Shown: positions 47,601-56,433, counted from the stretch's first letter. The stretch is DNA of 64,000 bases from a virus (IMGVR_UViG_3300025645_000062:4275-68274); one strand, 5' to 3'. The notes: generated from the letters alone by a model not told the origin. Program-made: numbers and translations.

Positions 47601-48760
47601 TTTGCGGAAACGTTTGCAGCAGCTGCCTGCGTAGAAGCAGTTTGTGCAGATACAGTTGCACTATCTACTTGTATCTGAGTTTCAGCTAAATTAGCATTAA
47701 TTTCATCTAAAGGTACATCTATACTATTTTTTATTGCTTGAGTAGCTTGAGCATTAAATAAAGCATTAGCAGCACTACTAGCTGCATCTGTTTTATCTAA
47801 TCCCGTTTGAACTCTATCATTTGATGTAGATAATGCATTTGCTGTAGAAGTGCTTTCAGCACTTTGAGCAACAGATACTTGACTGTTTACAGAAGCTAAT
47901 GCATCTGAAACTATAAGTAAATCTGCAGCTACTTCATTTTTGTAACCTTCAGTTTCAGTTTTAAAATCTTCAGTAGAATCAAGGTAAGTTTTAGTAGTTA
48001 ACTTATGCTGTTCAGTAGTATTTCTATACCCTAATGCTTCAGCAGCTTTTTGTGTTGCAGTACTTGCCGATCCTGCAGCATTAACTTTTGCATTTGTAAC
48101 TAAAGTCTCTATGGTTTGAATATCATTTAAGTGTTGAGCTAAAGTAGCAACTGCACTAGCTGCATTCGTTACAGCAGTTATATTTTGACCTACTGCACGT
48201 ACATTTAAAATGTCTGCAGCAACTGCACTTAAAGTTGATAAGTCTGCATGTACCGCAGTTAGCTCAGTAAGTTTTCCACCTATTCCAGTTACAGCAGAAA
48301 GGTTATCAACTAATGAATCAATTTCAGGTAATTTATCTTTTACTTGTTGAACAATTGTTAAATTACTTTCTAAGTTTAATACATCTGTAAGGTTAGTTTC
48401 TAAATTAAGTAAATTAGAGAGTGAACCATGGAGCAAAAGGAGTTGTACAAGTGAAGTGTGAATTCCAGTTAATGAACTTAAGTTATCAGCAACTGCGATT
48501 AGTTTAGTAGAATTTTGACCCAAAACATTTACAGCATTATGTATCGTAGCAACTGTTTCTATTTGTGGACTGACTAAAGAAAGATTTCTAATCTCAGTTT
48601 CAAAACTATTTACAGTTTGAATTGTATTGTCATCTAATCCTTGAGAGACAATATCAATCTCACTTAAGTATTCTACAATTTTTTCAATATCTGTTTTTAA
48701 TTCTACTGCAGTAGTTACAGAATTTCCGAGTACACTTGGTAATAGAGCCATTAGACCCAT
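44666..48760 (-). CDS. Tail fibre / appendage protein (N4 gp66 position)
   Basis: N-terminal V/I-periodic helical repeats, Ala-rich coiled coil, GKIPIAD hinge, beta-rich C-terminal body with a NGDF...W module; follows gp67-like gene. Confidence 0.75.
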   Translation of the reverse strand: MGLMALLPSVLGNSVTTAVELKTDIEKIVEYLSEIDIVSQGLDDNTIQTVNSFETEIRNLSLVSPQIETVATIHNAVNVLGQNSTKLIAVADNLSSLTGIHTSLVQLLLLHGSLSNLLNLETNLTDVLNLESNLTIVQQVKDKLPEIDSLVDNLSAVTGIGGKLTELTAVHADLSTLSAVAADILNVRAVGQNITAVTNAASAVATLAQHLNDIQTIETLVTNAKVNAAGSASTATQKAAEALGYRNTTEQHKLTTKTYLDSTEDFKTETEGYKNEVAADLLIVSDALASVNSQVSVAQSAESTSTANALSTSNDRVQTGLDKTDAASSAANALFNAQATQAIKNSIDVPLDEINANLAETQIQVDSATVSAQTASTQAAAANVSANSANTARVVVEQARDTAVAVVSGGTATLTAEAGKIPIADSEGIIDVDWLPAEITGRNVFAEEQAEGNSKYAASGFVHFGKHNNNGNEVGINQGLNTVLSVPNELFMGREYAGARGTSKHDLAHVNIAGIETELRMLNESVGTTQRSRIKFPDAPNGTVTYDSATGTIVDYTKDVDPKYGDVAADTNEAVARAFEGVVKNGDFRLGDAYWANSDSAWVFSGGSTSVTEVGGGEDTRIIVPSLVNGVTYTISMVSDIQSGSLNILPFIANWELVAGSIYTGTVSGEHTITAKYIGETGRGQTMGFRSSNATTATVYSFLIRKVTTQVVTERVDMYGFEGFLEEVTVANPYVYPNGLIQAKANTMSGISTSSSNRPATYYAVFDGDTSSVGKGVDFINASNSNKVKMFSNPKNNLYWIEGKLYQWRVRQRTIAGAGNGDWQGANSATRGVFTYAVASQVQLQGKNNYKSSYISGYAGIYALASRHTKISSEDYAVFQMEEYSNGASDLHGHCYFLVCGTVPRLNQGAYHPSFNPMGTAPVRNFYNQGDKPWYHSDSVTKHADVLKESKFFLQYPVGYKTEALTGYGDMASGKLSRPDGKFYDAIYASGQGGVIDYRLSAWDKSSPAEAAKVDAMVKNGTYRGVEKLKFTQVTKQNRNDYAPSYGGLDVSREVLVATGDILYVGNTYNRVTVTSVQNTAQDSINDVQVVFTPNLTNRLTTDLVVVVASTNISVSGDFTQTDVIGDPANILANPDLKDGWMGSWGGMKVSNSPVTRKSVNNSVKSLIYTSDDGNTYGSSLRSIASISNTISGWGTNYDYTTIISYTAFAKQTKVAYKEPVLNGEAGLGSVFASGFHGTGYGSLLSESLTSKILSGTWLSWDTSSVLSHGLANANTLNYVIHSSINTFNPIGGAFKAFDYQVENDQQVSLNYIYEDLVYDSDWGDNGSMSINSSQTTNTDDNGNTVLSGTATLALPYGWVKNNT

Positions 48761-49461
48761 CCCCCTAATTCAGGTTTAATATTAACTACGTTGTTTGCAC
48801 TGTTAAGAATATTACGTGTTTCTATTTCAAGGCACAAAGCTTCATAGTGTTGTTTGGTAGCAAAAGCTAAACTAATTCCAGCTTCACCTCCCTGACCTTT
48901 TTGTATTCTGTAAGAAACATAAACAAGTAAAGGCTCTAGTAAGGTTTCAGGTATGTAAACATCTTGTTCTAAATCAAGTTCAGATGCTGTTGCAGGTACT
49001 GTAATTAATTTATGGTTCGCACGGTAAACCAATGCAAACTTTTGACCTAAAGTTGCATACGGTATTTGTATTGTATCATATGAGGGAATATATACTGAAG
49101 TTAGTACGTTGGAGTCATTAATTGCTAGGTCAAGCCCAATTTCGTTATACACACTTTCAATGCGTAAAATATCATTTTCAAATGGCTTTTCTACACTGTC
49201 TATTATGTAACCTGCTGCACTATCAACACTTAAAGCAAAATCAGAGTGAAGCTTATAGTTGGTTCTAGTCCCATCTGTTACTAACATTAATTCTTTTTCG
49301 TTTATAGGAAAACGAGCGTATAGGTTTTGTAATGCTAAATTAATATGGTTTACAACTTCCATATAATTCTCGGGCTGGATACTTCCACTATCAAAGCCTC
49401 CAACACCGAGTTGTTTAAGTTCACCGTAAGTTAAATTTTGTAATATGTATGATAGTTTCAT
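48751..49461 (-). CDS. Head-tail adaptor protein (N4 gp67-like)
   Basis: MKLSYILQNLTYGEL, INLAL..LYARF, LEPLLVYVSYR; AAGGAG RBS before ATG 49461. Confidence 0.8.
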   Translation of the reverse strand: MKLSYILQNLTYGELKQLGVGGFDSGSIQPENYMEVVNHINLALQNLYARFPINEKELMLVTDGTRTNYKLHSDFALSVDSAAGYIIDSVEKPFENDILRIESVYNEIGLDLAINDSNVLTSVYIPSYDTIQIPYATLGQKFALVYRANHKLITVPATASELDLEQDVYIPETLLEPLLVYVSYRIQKGQGGEAGISLAFATKQHYEALCLEIETRNILNSANNVVNIKPELGGWV

Positions 49462-49495
49462 GTATAAAGCTCCTTTGCTTAGCACACAGTATACC

Positions 49496-51103
49496 CTACA
49501 CTAGGTAAGAATCTATCTCTCCTTCATTATTATCATCACTAAATTTTGAATTTTCCCATATCCCTGAACTTGGGTTTTTAGTTATTTCCATACTTTGACT
49601 GGGTTTCCAAGCATTCATCACTGCTAACATTGAAATGGTATCCGCTGCATCATCATGTGCAGATTTAAAACCTTCTTTAGTTACGTAGTTTAATTCGTCT
49701 TGCATCTCAATCATTAAAGGGTGAGTATCTTTAAATTCTACAGGAAAAAACATACGCTTTGCTTTGAACCATGGAACAACAGTTTGAAATCTTACTAATT
49801 TTTTACCGTTAGGACGAATACCTAATTTATTGCTATTATTGTCTGAAGCAAGATTAAACCATATATTACGTTCCATCATTTCTTTCTGTATCCACTGAAT
49901 AAAACCACCTTGCTGTCCAGATACTTCAATACCTACACTTTGTAAATTTAAGTTATACTGTTGTGCAAAACGGAACAAATCATTAATGTTTTTCTCCATT
50001 GTTTGCCTCTTACATACTCCATCAACAAGAAACCAATAACCTTTATTGTTAATAGCCCATACGGAAGTAACACTATAATCCGCTGCTTGTTCTTCACTGG
50101 TTGCCCAATCAGTAGTAATATAAAAGTTATATACTTCTTTATTATGTATTAAAGTGTTTCGTTCATACCACATTAAGTCAGCATCTAGTATTAACCTGTC
50201 TTCATCAGAAGTAATACGCAACATTAACTCTTGGTTAAAAGCCTGTAGTTTTCCTGAGTCTAGTAACAAGTTATACTCTTTTAAAGTAGAATCGTAAGTA
50301 AAGCGATCATCCCAAGCACCTTTAAACTCTTCTCTTGAACACGGAAACTTCTCACAAAGTGGGTATGCACGGGTTTCCCAACCTTTACTGCCTGCAGCCT
50401 TGTATAAACTATCCGCCTTGTTAAACGGGGTACCTGTCCAAACTACTTTACGTTTAGTCGGATGCATTGCTTGTCGTGCAGCCTTATACACAACGTTTTC
50501 AATATCTGACAAAATAGTAGGTGATTTAGCGTTCTTATCTGACATTAAATCATCAAAGCCACACCAAGTAGGGCGCTTACCATACTTTTTAAAACCACGT
50601 ACCCCAGTCATTGCGGCAAAGCCCCGTATAAAAGTCTTGTGTCCTGAAGTATTAGCAAACTCCCAAGAATCATCAGTAAACTTTGCATACGGAACGTACT
50701 GCTGTAAAAACTCACTTTCGTTCCAGCGATACTCAAGTTGGTTACGCATGTTCTTAACACCATTCTCCATAGTATCACTTACATACATTGCTACATCTAC
50801 TTCACCAAAACCAAAAAACTTACCATAACAAGCCATATATAAAAACGCATACTCGTGTATCACTGTGGTTTTGGCTCCGCCACGGAAAACGATTTCGAGT
50901 ACGTTATCAAAATGTATTAACCCATCAAGCATATGCAAATGCATAACAGGTGTTTTGTTCTCTTCTCCTTTAGCCCCATTAACTAATTTAATAAAAGTAA
51001 GAAACTGCATAGCTTCAACACTCGGAATATACACATTATTTAGCCAATCATAATCAACCGTACTAACATAATCTTCTAACTGCTTAATCTTCTGGAGTGA
51101 CAT
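49496..51103 (-). CDS. terL: Terminase large subunit (N4 gp68-like)
   Basis: GEENKTP..H, FRGGAKTT Walker A, FDD Walker B, GTPFN, TDWA, IEVSGQQ, HDDAADT nuclease motifs. Confidence 0.93.
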   Translation of the reverse strand: MSLQKIKQLEDYVSTVDYDWLNNVYIPSVEAMQFLTFIKLVNGAKGEENKTPVMHLHMLDGLIHFDNVLEIVFRGGAKTTVIHEYAFLYMACYGKFFGFGEVDVAMYVSDTMENGVKNMRNQLEYRWNESEFLQQYVPYAKFTDDSWEFANTSGHKTFIRGFAAMTGVRGFKKYGKRPTWCGFDDLMSDKNAKSPTILSDIENVVYKAARQAMHPTKRKVVWTGTPFNKADSLYKAAGSKGWETRAYPLCEKFPCSREEFKGAWDDRFTYDSTLKEYNLLLDSGKLQAFNQELMLRITSDEDRLILDADLMWYERNTLIHNKEVYNFYITTDWATSEEQAADYSVTSVWAINNKGYWFLVDGVCKRQTMEKNINDLFRFAQQYNLNLQSVGIEVSGQQGGFIQWIQKEMMERNIWFNLASDNNSNKLGIRPNGKKLVRFQTVVPWFKAKRMFFPVEFKDTHPLMIEMQDELNYVTKEGFKSAHDDAADTISMLAVMNAWKPSQSMEITKNPSSGIWENSKFSDDNNEGEIDSYLV

Positions 51104-51779
51104 CTACGGCTTCCCCTTCAATTACTACTTTCTGGTGCGCCACATCTTTGGCCGTCATAGCTCCTGACTCTAACATACTCAAATGCTGCGCAGCCAAATT
51201 AGCCGTAAGAACCTGCAATTCATCAGTAATGCTCGTATCCTTAACCGTAACATCTAACTCAATCTTCTTGGTTTCAGGCGGCTTCAGATGCGTCAACAAA
51301 CTATTAGCAGCATCCTGCTGCACCTTCTCACTCTGCGCCCCTACCATCAACCTAACTTGTGTATTAATCGCTGCCTGCAAATGATGCGCATTCATAATAT
51401 GCACAGGAATAAGGGTCTGCTCCAGTATTTTATTAACCAAAGAGGTACCATTATACATAGCAACATGAGCAGAAATATCCTTCTCACTCTTATTATTCGC
51501 CACCAAACGCGCATACCTAGCAGGAAACACCTTAGTCCAAGACTGTATATTGCTATCCCCCATACTCTTATAAGTAACATACTTCACCGCATCAATATAA
51601 CTCTCCATCTTAAACTTGCCATCTTTCAACACAGAAGTATAACTAAGCATATTCTCGATAGCCTGCTCACGCACATCTGGATCACCAATACTCTGATTAA
51701 TACTATCCATTAACTCCGTATTAACTTTCTTGCTCCATTGCTTAGGCAAAGCTTTCTTAAACGTTTCTTCTGTAAACAT
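51084..51779 (-). CDS. Probable terminase small subunit (N4 gp69-like)
   Basis: SYTSVLKDGKFKMESYIDAVKYVTYK, SEKVQQDAANSLLTHLKPPE; directly upstream of terL. Confidence 0.75.
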   Translation of the reverse strand: MFTEETFKKALPKQWSKKVNTELMDSINQSIGDPDVREQAIENMLSYTSVLKDGKFKMESYIDAVKYVTYKSMGDSNIQSWTKVFPARYARLVANNKSEKDISAHVAMYNGTSLVNKILEQTLIPVHIMNAHHLQAAINTQVRLMVGAQSEKVQQDAANSLLTHLKPPETKKIELDVTVKDTSITDELQVLTANLAAQHLSMLESGAMTAKDVAHQKVVIEGEAVDVTPED

Positions 51780-52047
51780 GAATTACACCTTAGGTATTCC
51801 TTAGTATTTCCCCAAGTATACACAGAACCAGAGGTAATAAGTAACATCTACTTGAAATATCCTGTGTAAGCTCGCCTATACAGTAAAATATGCTCAGAAT
51901 TTATAGAAGTGAATCGATATACCAAATACATTTAAAGTCCCTTATATAGCCTGTGAGGAACGATTTCGCCTATAGGGAAAATAGCTAGAGTATTACACAT
52001 GCAGTATTCACACCTGCAGACCTTCAAAATCTAAATACCCCCCCCCT

Positions 52048-52091
52048 ATCTTGTTTACTGCGTAAACGAAGATCTATGAGCAATTTCGCTC
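52048..52091 (+). promoter_or_regulatory. Early vRNAP hairpin promoter P1
   Basis: ATCTT-GTTTAC-TGC-GTAAAC-G-AAGAT-CTATGAG; template strand forms a C-GCA-G triloop as in N4 early promoters. Confidence 0.8.
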
Positions 52092-52115
52092 TCCCCTACC
52101 CTGCAGGTACTACCT

Positions 52116-52367
52116 ATGTTCAAAACTACATATAAAGCTGTGAAGCTCCCTCTTAATTCTTTACATTTCCAACTCAATAAGGCGATTGATCAGCAATCAG
52201 CCAAGCAAGAGATCCTTTCTCAAAATGCTGAGCAAGAACTCAGTATTAAGGTAAACCAATGGTTTGCTGATGCCGCATCAATAGAAGCAGAGGCCAAAGT
52301 GGCCATCACTACCTGTCCCAAAACTGCAGCCTTCATGACTGCAAGAGCCAATGCCAAAGCGAAGTAA
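52116..52367 (+). CDS. First early protein (N4 gp1 position)
   Basis: 83-aa ORF between promoter P1 and a terminator. Confidence 0.65.
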   Translation: MFKTTYKAVKLPLNSLHFQLNKAIDQQSAKQEILSQNAEQELSIKVNQWFADAASIEAEAKVAITTCPKTAAFMTARANAKAK

Positions 52368-52373
52368 TTAATA

Positions 52374-52400
52374 ACCTACCCTTCGGGGTAGGTAACTTTA
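52374..52400 (+). terminator. Terminator with cUUCGg tetraloop
   Basis: ACCTACCC-TTCG-GGGTAGGT. Confidence 0.75.
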
Positions 52401-52404
52401 AAAC

Positions 52405-52625
52405 TTACCCACACCTAACACACACAAGCCTAGACACTAGCCCTGAGACTCAAGACTCAAGACTAGTGATTCAAGACTTAACCACACCTAACACCAGAGA
52501 TATCCAAGATATCCGTATAGGTAAGAGAGTCAGGACTGCTGGAGTATACTGTTAACAGTTACACACAGCTACCTTACAAGCCTCTCGCTTAACCTAAGCC
52601 TTCCCTAATACCTAACGTACACGCT
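52405..52625. repeat. C/A-rich non-coding region with short direct repeats
   Basis: ACACCTAACAC x2, TCAAGACT x3, AGATATCC x2, several CCTAA. Confidence 0.6.
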
Positions 52626-52634
52626 GCACTGTTT

Positions 52635-52682
52635 AGCTTTCTGACTGCGTCAGAGAAGCTCTATGAGTATACTTCCATACTC
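52635..52682 (+). promoter_or_regulatory. Early vRNAP hairpin promoter P2
   Basis: AGCTT-TCTGAC-TGC-GTCAGA-G-AAGCT-CTATGAG; same geometry as P1 with a different stem sequence. Confidence 0.8.
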
Positions 52683-52702
52683 TTTAAGTCTAGGAGACTA
52701 AC

Positions 52703-52894
52703 ATGCATTTATATCAATCATGGGACGATTCGTATTATCTCACTGAGGATTTTGACGGAACAGAGGGGCATAAGCTCCAGTTAGTGGGTACAACCACAGT
52801 TGCGGAAATACACGCAATTGTAGGTTACAAAGAAACAATTCAAGTTTATCGTGCAATGCACGGTATGCATTCCTCAATTGAGGTGTTCATATGA
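52703..52894 (+). CDS. Early hypothetical protein
   Basis: AGGAG RBS, downstream of P2. Confidence 0.7.
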   Translation: MHLYQSWDDSYYLTEDFDGTEGHKLQLVGTTTVAEIHAIVGYKETIQVYRAMHGMHSSIEVFI

Positions 52895-53181
52895 ATATGT
52901 TGAAAATTGAAAGTTCTTACTTTAAAGCACTTTCTACAGGGTCTTATCACGCTGTATTACGTGCAACTAAAGGAGAAAACACCATACATACCGTCTTTGA
53001 CTCGGAAGGAGACGTAAGTGGTTTTAATATAAACAAAAAGTATTTTGATCTAGACTGGTACCACGACAAAGTAGTTTCTCCTGATTGGGCTGAAAAACAG
53101 TGGACTCCACTAGCGAGGAATCTAGTACAACTAGTTTGGGATGAAAACGAGAAAAGAAGAAAAATACATTATAAAGATTAA
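52891..53181 (+). CDS. Early hypothetical protein
   Basis: GAGGT RBS, ATGA overlap. Confidence 0.7.
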   Translation: MNMLKIESSYFKALSTGSYHAVLRATKGENTIHTVFDSEGDVSGFNINKKYFDLDWYHDKVVSPDWAEKQWTPLARNLVQLVWDENEKRRKIHYKD

Positions 53182-53192
53182 TGTATTTAATA

Positions 53193-53239
53193 GCGTGAGG
53201 CGCACTCGTGCCTCGCGCACCCTATGAGGATTATCCTCA
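53193..53239 (+). promoter_or_regulatory. Probable third early promoter P3 (divergent hairpin)
   Basis: GC-rich inverted repeat GCGTGAGGC...GCCTCGCGC followed by the same CTATGAG and a downstream hairpin. Confidence 0.55.
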
Positions 53240-53289
53240 ACATGAACACCGAGCACTTTCGCTCAAATATTATCGTCTTGGAGACAACT

Positions 53290-53778
53290 ATGAAAACTTT
53301 AACTAACGAACAATTTATGGCTTTATCAAATACTGATCAAGTGTCCTTCTTTAAAGAAGGTGGGAAGTTAATTGCAGATACTGCTGCTACTTCAGTAGGT
53401 ATCCCAACTTCGGATGTGGAAGACATCTTTGCACATGCGCCAGTGAGTGCTCCTGTAGTGACCAGTGATTTTGATGTTGTAGGCGATGCAGTCTACATGA
53501 ACATTAACGTTGATATCCTTGGTCAATCATTCAGACTTAAATCTGTAAAATTAACAGAGAAACGTCAATGCATGGATGGTTGGGATAAAGAAGCTAAAAC
53601 TTGGAAAGACGATAACGCTGACGTTATGAGTCTTATTGAAATGGTACGTGAGCATGGTTCTAACCTTGTTAACGAGCATGTTGAATCAACTGTTAGATTT
53701 GGGAAAGCAGGTGAGAAGAACACTGCCAAGCGTGATCCTCTTGCAGCTTTGTTAAAAGCTCAAGCTACAACCCTATAA
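53290..53778 (+). CDS. Early protein, possibly N4 gp2-like RNAP II cofactor
   Basis: GGAG RBS before ATG 53290 (ORF track starts at 53224); early position; AVYMNINV beta-rich core. Function is inference. Confidence 0.5.
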   Translation: MKTLTNEQFMALSNTDQVSFFKEGGKLIADTAATSVGIPTSDVEDIFAHAPVSAPVVTSDFDVVGDAVYMNINVDILGQSFRLKSVKLTEKRQCMDGWDKEAKTWKDDNADVMSLIEMVREHGSNLVNEHVESTVRFGKAGEKNTAKRDPLAALLKAQATTL

Positions 53779-53785
53779 CCCACAG

Positions 53786-53817
53786 GAACCAATGAGCATT
53801 AGCTTGTTGGTTCTTTA
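53786..53817 (+). terminator. Rho-independent terminator
   Basis: GAACCAATGAGC-ATTA-GCTTGTTGGTTC-TTT. Confidence 0.7.
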
Positions 53818-53836
53818 ACCCATATTGGAGATAGAA

Positions 53837-54169
53837 ATGACATTAAATGAAGCATTAAATAAAGGTCGTAAAGATAGAGTTGTAATCCTACATAGTAATG
53901 TACGTACGTTCAAACGTAACCCAGTTATAACTTGTACAGACGGATATAGTATATCTATCCAATGTGGTGTAAATATGTACTGCAAACCGCGGGAGGATAT
54001 ATTAGATGTGGGAGCTTATACAGAATTTGAGTTAGGTTTTCCTACACGACTTGATTCACTGCTTGATGATTACGCAGAAGAATTAGACACAACTCTAACA
54101 ATATTCCCATATGTGCCTCGTCAAGTAGTTGAAGAGTTAATTGCAAAGCACGGAGGTATCACAGAATAA
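53837..54169 (+). CDS. Conserved phage hypothetical protein
   Basis: C.DG.SISIQ...YC.PR...ELGFP...YAE...PYVP...KHGG pattern; GGAG RBS before ATG 53837. Confidence 0.7.
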   Translation: MTLNEALNKGRKDRVVILHSNVRTFKRNPVITCTDGYSISIQCGVNMYCKPREDILDVGAYTEFELGFPTRLDSLLDDYAEELDTTLTIFPYVPRQVVEELIAKHGGITE

Positions 54170-54190
54170 CTTATGTTTATCCCACATGAC

Positions 54191-54210
54191 GAGCCTCGTA
54201 GAGGCTTTGT
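54191..54210 (+). terminator. Hairpin upstream of RNAP II genes
   Basis: AGCCTC-GTA-GAGGCT-TTGTT. Confidence 0.5.
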
Positions 54211-54247
54211 TAATGTGTATTGTTTAACTATTTAGGAGATAGAAATT

Positions 54248-55180
54248 ATGTTTATGTACGAGCAACAAATACGGAACGAACGAAAGTTCGCTAAAGAAAA
54301 CAAGGATCAAGTATTGCTAAATCATAAAGACACTCTTATGAAGCCTTGCCTAGCTTATTTTGAGGACTTGATGAGCAAACCTGTGCCATTTACAAATGAT
54401 GCAAATGAACTTCGTAAAGACCTCATTGAAATTATGCCAGCAGTTTATAGTATGAATGCCAAAAACGTTATTTGGCGCATTCTTTCAACTGTTATATTGG
54501 ATAGACAGATTACGCTTCAAGCTGTATTAGGTATGTATTTTGAAAGTATTGATGTAGACATGCCTTATCGTAAAGGTAGAGTTATCGAACCTTTCATAGA
54601 TGCTGTATTGGCAAGCCCTTACGTTGAATTAAAACAAATGGGAAAGTACTTACATCTTGTGTGTAACCAGAACATTAATTTAGATGTATCTAATTATGCG
54701 TATGTACTGCCTTCATTAACAAATGAACCAGTGTTAACTAACAAAGGTGCAGGGTATGAAACTACTCCTTTCCACGTTATTACAGGTGGTAAGTTAAAAC
54801 AACATGACAACGAGTTATGCTTAGACCATATCAATCGGTTGAATGCTGTTAATTACACAGCTGATACTCGTATTATGGAATTCACTACACCAACCTTTAG
54901 TACTAAACCTAAGTACTTGGAAAAAGTAAGTAGGTACGAGACAGAAGTTGAAGTAGAAAGTAGACGTAAACAGTTTAATTTGTGGAAAGATCAACTACCT
55001 CAAAAACTTGAAGTACTTGAAGAGACAGGTAATAAGTTTCATTTCAAAAATAGATACTGTATTCGTGGTAGAACTTATGTCAAAGCATGGCATTTAGATT
55101 ACATCGGAAACAAGTTCATTAGAGCACTTGTCAATACCTCTGTTAAAGAGAAAGTTGAAGGTGCAAATAAATACTTATAA
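54248..55180 (+). CDS. RNA polymerase II subunit 1 (N4 gp15-like)
   Basis: HDNELCLDHINRLN, FHFKNRYCIRGRTY, G.KF.RA: N-terminal half of a split T7-like RNAP. Confidence 0.85.
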   Translation: MFMYEQQIRNERKFAKENKDQVLLNHKDTLMKPCLAYFEDLMSKPVPFTNDANELRKDLIEIMPAVYSMNAKNVIWRILSTVILDRQITLQAVLGMYFESIDVDMPYRKGRVIEPFIDAVLASPYVELKQMGKYLHLVCNQNINLDVSNYAYVLPSLTNEPVLTNKGAGYETTPFHVITGGKLKQHDNELCLDHINRLNAVNYTADTRIMEFTTPTFSTKPKYLEKVSRYETEVEVESRRKQFNLWKDQLPQKLEVLEETGNKFHFKNRYCIRGRTYVKAWHLDYIGNKFIRALVNTSVKEKVEGANKYL

Positions 55181-55191
55181 GGAATAAAATT

Positions 55192-56433
55192 ATGTATATG
55201 TTTAGCGGTTTTGAATGGTTGTTAATCGACCTAGCAAGTAGATTTGGTAAAGATAAAGATACTTATATTGAACGTATCCAGTGGGCTGAAGAGTTACTTC
55301 CTTTACTTAACGTAGAGACAGAAAGCCAGCTCAAAGCTAACCTTGAACCATGGGTTGATAATGCTGATGATAAGCCTCATTTTGTAGGTGCTGCTTTAGC
55401 AATATGGGATACTATTCAAAACAGTACTTCTAATTGGATGGTGTCACAAGATAGTGCCTCAAGTGGAGCACAGTTAATGTCCTGTATGACTAAGTGCCAT
55501 ACGGGTATGTCTAACACAGGTGTACTAGGTACTGATGTACCTGACTTGTACACAACTGTTAATGATAAGATGGGTGAAAACGGTTCTAAGTTACCTCGTA
55601 AAGTTCTTAAGCAGGGTATGATACCTCATATGTACGCTTCTACTGTTTCACCTAAACGTATCTTTGCAGAAAGTTATCCTAACTTTCTTAGAGCCTATGG
55701 TGAAACTGTACCTAGAGCACAAATCTTATCTGATCTACTTGTAGATGCATGGGACAGTAATGCCACAGAACATGTGGTAACTGCACCTGATGGATTTGTA
55801 GCTGTCATGCCTGTTATTGTACAAAAACATAAAATCATACCTTTTAAAGACCATTCATATAAGTACGTTTACAGTGCAAAAGGTACTAAACCTAAAGGAA
55901 AAGCTAAAGGTACCAAAGCATTATCTGCAAATACAACTCATACGTATGATGCATATATCTTAAGGGAACTTAATCGTAGATGTAACTATTCGTACGTACA
56001 GGTTACAGCTGCACTGAATGCACTTGAGAACCCTAAATTAGGAAAAGCAAATCAATGTAAAGCAGTTAAATTGAAAGAGCTTCAGAAGCTTTCAGAAGAG
56101 TTTAACCAAGTATCAGTTGTAGCTTTAGAATACATTGATATAAATACTGCTGGATGTGTATCAGAAAACTACAGGAACCAGTTAATAGAAATACTCGAAC
56201 AAATGTTACTTTCAGATTCATTTGAAATTAAGAATGTTCATGATGATTTCGCTTGTTTACCTAATTATGTTTCTCATATGAAGTTTATGTACAACTTACT
56301 TCTTAAAGAAACTTACCTAGGTAATTGGATATATACTGTTCTCGAAAAGTTAACTGGTAAAGCTTACCCTGTATCAAAAATTGATATGGATATAGCTGAT
56401 CAAATACTTGATGCACCTTATTCAGTCTCTTAA
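55192..56433 (+). CDS. RNA polymerase II subunit 2 (N4 gp16-like)
   Basis: FSGFEWLLID, motif A DSASSGAQ, motif B RKVLKQGMIPHMY, ANTTH..DA, motif C VHDDF. Confidence 0.9.
   Translation: MYMFSGFEWLLIDLASRFGKDKDTYIERIQWAEELLPLLNVETESQLKANLEPWVDNADDKPHFVGAALAIWDTIQNSTSNWMVSQDSASSGAQLMSCMTKCHTGMSNTGVLGTDVPDLYTTVNDKMGENGSKLPRKVLKQGMIPHMYASTVSPKRIFAESYPNFLRAYGETVPRAQILSDLLVDAWDSNATEHVVTAPDGFVAVMPVIVQKHKIIPFKDHSYKYVYSAKGTKPKGKAKGTKALSANTTHTYDAYILRELNRRCNYSYVQVTAALNALENPKLGKANQCKAVKLKELQKLSEEFNQVSVVALEYIDINTAGCVSENYRNQLIEILEQMLLSDSFEIKNVHDDFACLPNYVSHMKFMYNLLLKETYLGNWIYTVLEKLTGKAYPVSKIDMDIADQILDAPYSVS

Noticed and set aside
38162-48760. Diversity-generating retroelement or invertible tail-fibre switch
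   Set aside because: No reverse transcriptase or invertase in the window, and no template/variable repeat pair or flanking inverted repeats were noticed
856-51713. Many short antisense or alternate-frame ORFs in the ORF track (e.g. 856-1062, 23740-24279, 35597-35866, 50400-50828, 51288-51713)
   Set aside because: They lie inside well-supported genes, lack RBSs and motifs, and are explained by codon bias on the coding strand
52405-52625. Possible CRISPR mini-array
   Set aside because: Repeats are only 7-11 nt, irregularly spaced and of several kinds; no constant repeat-spacer period and no cas genes. The Cas4-like gene is an ordinary phage nuclease.
54185-54217. Fourth vRNAP promoter (C-GTA-G triloop hairpin)
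   Set aside because: The GNA loop is on the non-template strand, opposite to P1/P2, and CTATGAG is absent; treated as an RNA hairpin
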